Origin: an uncultured virus (IMG/VR IMGVR_UViG_3300034102_001587)
Lineage: Duplodnaviria > Heunggongvirae > Uroviricota > Caudoviricetes
Length of the DNA stretch: 64,000 nt
Strand: one strand, 5' to 3'
IMG/VR virus record: IMGVR_UViG_3300034102_001587
Location: 62,001 to 126,000 of that record
How positions within the stretch are numbered: the stretch's first letter is position 1; every line of letters starts with the position of its first letter. Below are positions 28,017 to 40,000 of this stretch, one piece after another. The notes under the pieces were generated by a model. It was not told the DNA's origin. It searched no databases and saw only the letters and a list, made by a program, of their open reading frames with translations. Made by a program: the position numbers and the translations under genes.

Positions 28017-31000
28017 ATGAGTTTTTTAGGAAAGAACCCAAATGGATTAAATCAAGTAAGTCAAAGTGTAATAGCACTAACTGTAGATGGTATTGACCAA
28101 TTATCAGTATCAACTTCATCGGTTGTAATTAATACATCATTGAATGTAAGAAATTCAATTACAGCAAGTATAATTAGTGGTTCTCAAATTACAGGTTCCT
28201 TTAGTGGTTCTTTTGTTGGTGATGGTAAAGGAATAACTAATATTTCACAAATTAATAGTGGTTCTAATATCATAAATGTATCGCCTAATTTAATTAATAT
28301 AGTTGGTAATACACAATTAACAGGCTCACTTAATATTTCATCTTCAATTTCAGCATCACTTTTCAAAGGTGATGGTAGTGGGTTGTTTAATATACCATCT
28401 GATGCACTCGGTGACCTTAATAAAATTAAATCAGGTTCAGCAATTGCTCAAATTTCACCAAATCAGGGATTACAAATAAATGTAAACACACAAATTAGTG
28501 GTGGATTGGGTATAACAGGTTCTGAATGGATTTCACAAAACCTTGTAGTTGGTGGAGATAGTAGAATTGTTGGTAATGAAACAATATTAGGTAATTTAGC
28601 GGTAGGTGGTAGAATTACATCAACTGAATTATACACAACATTCATAACATCATCCGTAATATTTGCATCAGGTTCAACTAAGTTTGGTGATGCAACAAAT
28701 GATAAGCATGAATTCACTGGTAGTGTTGCTATTAGTGGAAGTTTTATTTTATCCGGTAGTTTAAACATTCAAAGTTCATCTTTAGTAGATACAAACTCTC
28801 AATATGTTTTAGTTTATAATACAACAAGTGGACAAGTAGGATTTAAATACGCTGCAGCATCATCCGGTACTTCCGGTACAAGCGGTACATCCGGCTCAAG
28901 CGGCTCAAGTGGAAGCTCAGGTACGTCAGGAAGCTCTGGCACATCTGGTACAAGTGGAAGTAGTGGCTCAAGCGGTTCATCCGGCTCATCCGGCTCAAGC
29001 GGAAGTAGTGGCTCAAGCGGCTCAAGCGGAAGTAGTGGCTCAAGCGGCTCAAGCGGAAGTGGTGGCTCAAGCGGTTCAAGCGGCAGTAGTGGAAGTTCTG
29101 GTACAAGCGGAAGTGGTGGTTCAAGCGGCTCAAGCGGCTCATCAGGTTCTTCTGGCACAAGAGGTACATCAGGTTCAAGCGGCAGTAGTGGTTCATCCGG
29201 CTCAACTGGTTCGGCTGGTACATCGGGCTCGAGCGGAAGCAGTGGAAGCAGTGGTTCAAGTGGCTCAAGCGGTTCATCAGGTTCAAGTGGCTCAAGCGGT
29301 TCATCTGGTTCGAGCGGACAAGCATCTGGTGTAAAATATAATTTTACAACATCAACAACTGATGTAGATCCTGGTACAGGTGTAATAGCTTATAATAATG
29401 GAGTAATTGGTTCGGTTAGTACATTGTATATTGATAATACTGATTTATCATCTAATAGTTTAACAGCATGGTTTGATGGGTGGGATGATTCCACAACAAC
29501 TTCTTTACGAGGTACATTAACATTAGCAAGTAGAGATGGTGGTAGTGTATTAAATATTTTCAACGTAATTGGTACAGTAGTTGTAGCAACTGGATATTAT
29601 AAAATTCCTGTTTCTTATGTAAGTGGTACACTTCCTACAAATGGTGCTCAATTAATTATTAATTTTGTAAGAACAGGTAATAGTGGAACATCGGGTTCAA
29701 GCGGCTCAAGCGGAAGTAGTGGTAGCGGTGGCTCATCTGGTTCATCGGGTTCATCTGGTTCAAGCGGCTCATCAGGAAGTTCAGGTTCTTCTGGATTTGG
29801 TTCTTCTGGTTCTTCTGGTTCAAGCGGCTCAAGTGGTAGTAGTGGCTCAAGCGGAAGTGGTGGAAGTAGTGGCTCAAGCGGAAGTAGCGGTTCAAGCGGC
29901 TCAAGCGGAAGTGGAGGTTCATCAGGTTCTTCTGGTAGCTCAGGTTTAGGTGGAGCATCTGGTTCTGCTGGTACAAGTGGAAGTAGTGGCTCAAGCGGCA
30001 CATCGGGTTCAAGTGGTACACGTGGTACATCAGGCTCAAGCGGAAGTAGTGGCTCAAGCGGCTCAAGCGGAAGTAGTGGAACTCCTGGTAGTGGTGGTTC
30101 AAGTGGTACACGTGGTACATCAGGCTCAAGCGGAAGCTCAGGTTCTTCTGGACAAGCAGGCTCATCAGGCTCAAGCGGTTCATCGGGTTCTTCTGGTGTA
30201 AGTGGTACTGGAGGCTCATCAGGTTCATCAGGTTCAAGCGGCTCATCAGGAAGTTCTGGTTCGTCTGGTAGTAGCGGTATAACAGGTGCTGGTGGCTCAT
30301 CTGGAACATCTGGGTCAAGCGGAAGCAGCGGAAGTAGTGGCTCAAGCGGTACACGTGGTACATCGGGTTCAAGCGGCTCATCAGGAAGTTCTGGTGTAAG
30401 TGGAGCAGGTGGTTCTTCGGGTTCAAGCGGCTCAAGTGGTTCAAGCGGAAGTAGTGGTAGTGGTGGCTCATCTGGTTCATCAGGTTCAAGCGGTTCGTCT
30501 GGTAGTAGTGGTGGAACAGGCTCAAGTGGTAGTAGCGGCTCATCGGGTTCAAGCGGAAGCAGCGGCTCAAGTGGTAGTAGTGGTTCATCAGGTTCAAGCG
30601 GACAAGGTGGTGGTATCCGATATAATTTTAGCACATCAACAACTGATGCAGATCCTGGTACAGGTACGTTGGTATATAATACTGCAACAATATCTTCAGT
30701 AGGATTTATTTACATAGATAATACTGACCTTTCATCAAATTCACTGACAGCTTGGTTTGATAGTTGGGATGATAGTACAACATCTACAAATAGAGGTCAA
30801 ATAGTTTTAGCAAGTAGAGATGGTGGTTCGGTAGTAAACATATTCAGAGTTACCGGAGCTGTTGTAGTAGCAACTGGATATTATAAAATTCCAGTAGCTT
30901 ATGTAAGTGGTACATTACCTGCTAACGGAGCACAACTAATTGTTCAATTTAGTAGAAGTGGTGATTCAGGAACTTCTGGCTCGAGCGGTAGTAGTGGTTC

Positions 31001-34000
31001 AAGCGGTACACGTGGTACATCGGGTTCAAGCGGCTCAAGTGGTTCAAGCGGAAGTAGTGGCTCATCGGGTTCAAGCGGACAAAGTGGTTCAAGCGGAAGT
31101 AGTGGTTCGAGCGGGTCATCTGGCTCATCGGGTTCAAGCGGAAGCAGCGGCTCAAGTGGTAGTAGTGGTTCATCAGGCTCATCAGGTTCAAGCGGACAAG
31201 GTGGTGGTATAAGATATAATTTTAGTACAACAATAACCGATACTGATCCTGGTACAGGTATTGTAAAATATAATAATGGTGTTATAGGTTCAGTATCAAC
31301 AATTTTTATAGATAATACTGATTTAGGTGGAAATACTTTAACTGCGTGGTATGATACGTGGGATGACTCAACTACATCCACAAATAGAGGATATATAAGT
31401 TTAATCAGTAGAGATAGTGGTACTGTGGTAAACGTATTTAGAGTAAATGGTGCTGTTGTAGTAGCAACGGGTTATTATAAAATTCCAGTTGCTTATATAA
31501 GTGGTACACTTCCTACAAATGGAGCTCAATTAACTGTTGCTTTTGCAAGAAGTGGAGATTCCGGAAGTAGTGGTTCATCTGGTTCAAGCGGCTCATCAGG
31601 TTCTTCTGGCACAAGAGGTACATCAGGTTCAAGCGGCTCAAGCGGAAGTAGTGGTAGTAGTGGCTCAAGCGGTTCATCTGGCTCAAGCGGTTCATCTGGT
31701 AGTAGTGGAGTTTCCGGCTCAAGCGGCAGTTCGGGTTCATCTGGCTCATCTGGTAGTAGTGGTAGTAGTGGTACATCAGGCTCATCCGGCTCAAGCGGAA
31801 GTAGTGGCTCAAGCGGAAGCTCGGGTTCATCTGGAGCACTATCATTAACTGGTACAACTGATAATGGTGTAATTACACTAAATGGGTCAGCTCCAAACGG
31901 AACTGTTGAAAGTAATTTAACATTTGATGGTACAAACCTTAGAGTAACAGGTAATACTGTAATTACTGGTAATTTAACAGTAAGTGGTACAACAACTTCA
32001 ATTAATACACAAACCTTATCTACAAACGATAATATTATAACTCTTACGGGTTATGCAACTGGTTCAGGTGCACCTATAAATGTTGATAGTGGATTTGAAG
32101 TTGTAAGAAACGCTTCACCTACAAGAAGATTCCTTTGGAACGAAGTAAATAGTAGATGGGCAAGTGATGCAAACTTCTACGCTTCTGGTAGTATTACAAC
32201 AACAGGTGGTGTATTCATAAATGCAGATGAAGGTGCTAGTAGTACCGTTGTATTTGGAAACTATGAAAGATTAGTATTCAATAACTCCTTTAGTGATGTA
32301 GTAAGAGGACCTAACAAAATTACAACATTTAATGATGGCAGTGCTTGGATAGGTGGAATCGGTATTCATTCAGATACACAAGCATATTATGCTGGTGGTA
32401 CTCATAAATGGTATAAATCAACGTCCCAAACTGCTTTCACCGAACAAATGAATTTGGATGGAAGTGGTAACTTAAATGTATTGGGTAATTTAGTAGCAGC
32501 TCAAGTTAATACTGGACAAGGTTTAACTGAAGTTCACTTAATGAACCAAAATGTTAGAACAACTGATGCTGTAACATTCTCAACAATTAATACGGGACAA
32601 GGTGTAACTGAAGTTCACCTAATGAATCAAAATATTCGTACAACTGATAACGTAACGTTTAATCAGGCAACTATTACAAATGGTGCAACGGTAAATGGTG
32701 GTAGACGAGTACAAGGTGTAAGTGATGGTGCAGTTACAGCATTGGGTGCAACTGCTTATAGTGGTTGGTATAGAATAGCTAGAAGTGGATTGGCAACTGC
32801 TGGAAATGGTCTTAGAGGTGCGGCAAAAGTAACGGTTACATCAAATGGTGGATTTATAGCACCTGCACAGGATGTAATTAAATTATATAAAGATTGGACA
32901 ACTACTGCGCTAATTGGAACTGTTGAAAACTATTTAGGTGGACTTTTCACTCAATTTAGAGTAACAATGGATGCGGATTACGCATACTTAGAAGGATTCT
33001 TAACTTCAATAAATTTGGGCGGTAGTAGTAGTTGGATTGTATATGTTGAAAACTATGGCTTAAATCCAAACCAATGGACAGCTTATACTGAAAACTTAAC
33101 AGCAGGATTAGGTTCACCGGTTGCTTCATATACATTAGCAAAAATTAATAATGGATTTACAACACCTGCATTATCTGTAGCAGGTAATATAACTTTAGGT
33201 GGTACAATAGATACTGGACAGGGTGCAACTGAGGTTTATTTAATGAACCAAAATGTTCGTACAACTGATGATGTTACATTTAATGATTTAACACTTAATG
33301 GTGGTGACCTTTTCTTATCAAATGGTACATCTAATAGAATAGTATATAATACAAATGGTGTAGCAGCTCCTACATTTACAACTAGAAGTGCTGGTACAAA
33401 AATGGTACTTTATTCTGAAATAGGAGCATCTTCGGTAGATTATGCATTGGGTATTGAAGGAAATACAATGTGGTATTCGGTACCTGTAGCTGGAGCAGCA
33501 AGATTCTTTAGATGGTATGGTGGTACTACAAACATAGCAACATTAGATAGTGCTGGTAAATTTACTTTAGTAGGTAATACGGCAACTGGTATAGCAAATA
33601 ACTCTTTCAACGTTGCAAGAACAACATTAGGTACAATTCATATTGCTAATGGTGGTGGTACTTCTGGTAACAACAACCAAGCAGCAATAACCTTCCAAGG
33701 TGATACTTCAACTCAAGCGCAAGCTGGTATATATGTTTCAAATAATAGTAGTAGTGGTACAGCTATGGGATTCGCAACAACGGACTCATACGGTACAGGT
33801 CCACAATTATTCTTAACAGCAACAAATGCTGGAGCTGTAAACTTCCCAAGAGCAATACCAACTGCACAGGGTACTTCATTGGTAACAAACAATGGTGGAC
33901 AGTGGAATATAAGAGCATACCCAAGACGTTCAGATGGTACAAACGTAGATTTCATTTATTCTGCACAAAGTGGGCAACCAACTTATGTTTGGGGTACAAA

Positions 34001-37000
34001 CGATGGTACAAACTTCTATGTATGGAATCCATCAAACTTTAGTGTAACATCTGCTACAAACGCATCAAACGTAGCTAGTGGTGATGTAACAAGTATTGGT
34101 CTTAATGCTGCGTGGACATTGCCTGGCACATCTATAAGCAATGGATTTAGAGTTTATAGATATTCAGATAGCGCAACAAATAAACCAGCTTCAGTAGATA
34201 ATGCTAACTGGTTGATTAATATATACTCACATCCAACGGGTGGTACGGCATCATATGGTCATCAATTAGCAGCAACAGATAACGAAAGTATTTATTTTAG
34301 ATCTGTTATAAATGGTTCATTTGGAACATGGAGAACATTCTTACATTCAGGAAACTTTAACTCATATGCACCAACATTAACTGGTGGTGGGGCAAGTGGA
34401 ACTTGGAGTATTAATATTACAGGTACCGCTGCATCTGAAACTTTAGCAACCGTAACCGGTAGAGGTGCAACAACTTCTACATTAGTTTACTTTAACGGAG
34501 CAGAATCAATTCGTGTTTATGGTATAAGAGGTCAGTTTACAAACGAATATATGCACCTATACAATAAAGTTGGTATAGGACATCCTGGTGGTTGGGGACA
34601 AGGTGAAGGAAATACACCAAACACAGGTCTTTCAACATATGGAGCTGTAAACTTATCTTACGCAGCAGCAACAAATAATACTGTTTTAGGTTCTTGGAAT
34701 ATTGATGGTAGTACAATAAACTCTACCAATGATGCAACTCTTTATGTAACGGCAACCAATAATAACGATTGGGGTGTTGTTGTAAACAAATATAATGGTT
34801 CGGCTAGTGAATATGGTTTGGAGGTAAGAGTTGGTGCTGGTGCATCTTATGGTTATTCTTTATTGGGTAATGGTACAAGATGGTTTTATGTATCTGGAAT
34901 CGGTGACATTTATAATGATGCAATATATGATAGAAGTGATACATCTTATAGATTAGTTTATGAGGGTGCATCTAGAATTTCAAGACTTAATCTTAACAAC
35001 GCAAGAACAAGTTCTTCTCAAAGATGGCCTGTTGGTCACTTTGATGTTGGTGAGGCTGTATTTGAAATGGACCCAACTTGGACTAATGACCAATTACAAG
35101 CATATTTTAATAGTAGTAATGTAAGTTGGGTATCTGATTCAACAGCACCTGGTGGATATGCAATATCAATTGTTGGTGCTGTAAACGTTGGTGGTGGATA
35201 TAATAGTGGTTTCCCTTACATTGCTATTGACCAAGATGATGTTTATTATATGGAGTGTTGGATACGAAATGTATCTGGTACTAATGGACACTATATGGGT
35301 TCTATGGAGTATAATGAATCGTTTGGTTCGCCGGCTGGTGGACAGGGTAACCCTGGTTCGTTTGGTTATTGGGTAATGAGTAATACAAACCCTGGAACTT
35401 CTTGGACTAAAGTAACTGGATATATTGGTGGATTTGGTGGTTCAGTTGGGCAATTTGAAGTTGGTGCAAAATATTGGACACCACAAGCCTTATTCAACTA
35501 TACTGGTGGTGGTACTTGTTATATAAGTGGTTGGAAGATAATAAAAGTAAGTGTACCTGCAAATAGAACATTCAGAAATGAGGTAACGGTTAATGGTACA
35601 TTAAATCCGAATGGACAAATACAAATTAGGAATACATCACCTACAATTACCTTTAGAGATACCGACCACGCAACAGGATTCATACATGTTAATAGTAATA
35701 TATTCTATATTCTTAGAGGTAATACTGATGTCGGTAATGGCAGCTGGAATACTGTAGGCAGTGGTTGGTGGCCATTAGAAATTAACTTAACAAACAATAA
35801 TGCACAATTTGGTGGTACGGTAACTGCATTCTATGATGTAGTTGCACAAAGGTTTGTTGATAGAGATTCACCGGGTTATATATTGGACCCAGCATCAACT
35901 TCTAACTTAAACATATTAGAAACTAGAGGTGTTGTTGTAAATAGGGATGCTAACACAGCTACGGCAACTGCTGGTTATCTATCATTCTGGACTGGAAATG
36001 GTACAACATCAAGAGCACAATTTGTTCGTACTGACCAATTATATGGTACACATGGTGCGGTAACTAACCAATATGCACAATATTGGTTGATGGATACTAC
36101 AAATAGAGGCTGGATATTCAGATATGCAACTTCTGATACCGCAGGTACTAATGTATTCTCTATAAGAAATAATGATGGTAGAACAACAATAGGAACTTCA
36201 TTTTCAGCTGGAGCGGGTACTAGGGCACAACTAAATGTTTCTGCTGGTACGGGTGGTACTACTCAATGGCGCGATATTGATATACAAGGTTCTTGGTCAG
36301 CTGGAGAAGAACATGCTATTACAGCAACTCACGGAAGTGCATTAGGTAATATTGTTGGACAAATGGTGTTCAGACATGATTCTCCTGGTTCAAGAATTAG
36401 ATGGGGTAGATTGTACGCAAGTGGTGACCAATCCAACTATCCAATGGAGTTGATAAGTAATAACTCTGGAACTGGTGCAAGATTGGAAATGAATGTGGGT
36501 TCAATGAGAGCGCCACTATTTGAAGATTATGATAACGTTGCATATTTCTTAGACCTTAATGCGGCCGCATCGGCTTGGAATCGTTCTTTAAGAACATTGG
36601 GTTCAATAACATTTAGTGATGATTATACTCAATACAAAGGTTCAATGTCAACGGATGATAACTGGCCATTATGTACGGCGCCAGCTAGAATCTACACAAT
36701 TGGTACACTTAACGCTGGTGGCGGTAATAGTAGTAAAATAGAAATTGAAGTTTGGGGTTCTCATAGAGGATATACAACTACTTCATATATTGAATATAAA
36801 AAATGGATAGTTTGGGTAGGTGATAGAATATCATCTAACTTGGTAATGTCAGCAGGTTCTCAATCAAATGTTGGTTTATGGAATGGTACTAACGCAAATG
36901 GTTTATTGGGTATTAATGGTGACCACGTTGCTGCAGGTTGGGTATTAAGATTAATAGTAAACCCAACTTGTGGTGCTGGGGTTGCTTATACTGTAAAGGT

Positions 37001-40000
37001 ATCATACGCCAATTTAAATATGACGCATGGTCCATTCTCATTCACAACAACAACGGCGGCAAGTATTCCTTTAGCACCATATCACGTAAGTGGTACAACA
37101 GCAACATTCCCTAATGGGGCAAGTGTAAATGGTACATTTAATCTTGATTCTGCAACGGTCAACAATTTAAGTATGACCGGCAATTTTCAAATTAGAAATA
37201 CCGAACCAACAATTACATTTAGAGATACTAACCACAATACGGCATACATTCACGTCAATAGTAATATTTTCTATGTTTTAAGAGCTGGTAATGATTCTGC
37301 ACATGGTAGCTGGAGTACTGTAAATGGTTATTGGCCATTAGAAATAAATCTTACAAATAATAACGCAACATTTGGTGCAAATGTAACTGCAATAAATGAT
37401 ATGAGTGCGGAAAGATTTGTTGATAGAAATGACCCAACGTATTTTATTAATCCGGCTGGCGATAGTATAACAAATGGAGCATTCAGAACTGGTAACTTCT
37501 TAGGAATGAGAACTTCATATACCTTTATACCATCATCGTGGGCAAGAGGTAGTGGAACATTTATGATTGGTTCTTCTCAAAACTCTGATGGTACTGGTTG
37601 GGCATATGGTACTAGATTAGCATCGGTAGATTATGGTGATGGTTTGGGATTAAGTTTTGACCCATTATACGCAGGTCCTACATTCTATAATAACGCATTA
37701 TTCATAAGTGGTAGAAGTGGTAGAATAGGAAGAATTGGTATGGGTGGTGTAACGGCTCCTGATTATGCTTTGCATGTAGCAGGTACAATATATTCTGATA
37801 CTGAAGTAAGAGCACCAATATTTAGAGATGCTGATGGTACAGGGTATTTTGCAAACTTTGCAGATACTGGTACTTCAATTAACATAGCAGGTTCGGTAAA
37901 TGCAGCAACTTATAATAAGCCGGCAATTTTAGTAAACTCATCCGGAACAGCATCATCAGGCGCAGCATTTGCTATTCAGCAAGTAACTGGTGAAGGTTGG
38001 ACTGGTATCTTTGTGGATTACGAACCATATACTGGTTGGGGATTGTATCACGATAACCCTTCAAACTATTTCTTAATTACATCCGAAGGTTCAACCGGAG
38101 CAATCGGTGGTGGAATTACTGTACCATCAAGAAGTAGTGGTAATAGAACTGCATATGTAAAACATAGATTTGACCAAAATAATGGTGACCTTTTAGTTGG
38201 TGGTGATTTGACGGTTTATGGTGGTGATATTAATATACAAAAGAGTGGTAACTACTCTTATATTAACTTCGCAGCACAATCAAATGATCCTGGTTATATT
38301 TGGCACTATGAATCATCTAACACTGCAAGAATGTTTTTTAGTGTTTCGGATGATGATGGTACAAATGACTATTTTGGATTTGGATTTAGTGGAGATAATC
38401 AAAGATTAATAATATATTCATCTGGACGTTTGGATGCACCTATAATGTATGATAGAAGTAATACTAGTTTCTATGTTGACCCTGCTTCTACATCAAACTT
38501 AGGTGAACTTCAAATAAATTCACAATTAACACTTTCTACACCGGGTGCGGCAAACTCTGTTGGTAATATCAATGCCCTTTGGGGAATGCAAAAACCAATG
38601 GGATATAAAATATATTGGGATGAGGAATTCCGTTACGGCTCTAATAGTATAAACATATACAACAATAATGGTGGTTCTGCGGTAACTCATACTAGAAGAA
38701 ATAGTTCATTCGCAGATGGGCATAGTGGACCTCCAAATAGTAGTGGATATGTAATTGAAATAATGCACGCACCAACAACATCAGCAGGTACATCACCGGG
38801 CTATGGTGGTTGGTATTTCGCAACTTATACTGGACCGGCAAATAGAAGATTATTATGTATCTTCCGTATGAAGATACCTTCTGGAAGAAGTGTAGAGTGG
38901 GCATCAAACTCAATAGGTAGTGGTGGTTCTGCTAGGTGGTTGACAAGTAATGCAGGAACGGGACAATACCAAGATTACGCATTTATGGTGCATTCCGGAA
39001 ATGCATCTTGGTCATCAACTCACTTCTTCTATATAGTAGGTGGAAGTTCGGCAACATTCTACACCTATTTGGCATCAGCAACGGTGTATGATTGTTCCTC
39101 ATTATCAGAGGAAGGAGCAATGACATATTATGCTGGTGAATCAATGAGAGCACCAATATTTTATGACCAAGACAATACAACATATAGAGTAGACCCAACT
39201 GGAAATTCCAGAATGGGTAGAGATATTTATGTTGAAGGTAATACTGGTGGTTCATTTGGTAATAGAGTTATTGTTGGTGCAACATCAACACCATACACAT
39301 TACAAGATGGTAACCAAAGACCTACTGTTTATTTAAGAGGTAACTATCCTGTATTAACATTAGACCATACTGTAACATCAAATACGAATCATGGACCTAC
39401 AATTCAATTTGCACATAATGGTTTATCAAATAGACAATGGTTAGTTGGTACAACTGGTGATGGTATCTCAATGGATATTGGATTTTCTAATAGTAGTTTA
39501 GGAAATAGTGATTTCAATCCTCATAATGGTATAGCTGGTTATCTAGGAACTACCTTTATGAGATTCCGTGAAAATGGAACAATAGGATTGGGTTCAAATG
39601 GTGACTGGGGTGCTATTGGTGGTGGAGACCCATCATATCCATTAGAATTTAGAGGTACACATCTTAACTCACACGCTGCGTTATTTAGAAATAATACTAA
39701 CGCTTCAAATGGTGCTGGTTTCATTTTTGTAAGTACATATGGTAACCACTCTTGGGGTATTGTTTCTGAATTCCGTATTGATGGAACTGGTGGTGATAGA
39801 CCTTCTATTTTATTCTCGCAAGGATATAGTGGTACAACTTGGTCTGTTGGATTTGGATATAATGATGATAATTTCCGTATTAAACAAAACCACGGGCATA
39901 GAAATGGTGGTTGGGGTACTGATAGATTCACAATTGATACCGGTGGTACTGGATATTTCTTTGGAGAACTTCAAGCTAATCAATTTACCGATAGAGAAAA

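Noticed and set aside
28814..31857. Antisense and alternate-frame ORFs over the second GSS region
   Set aside because: Same repeat-shadow artefact.
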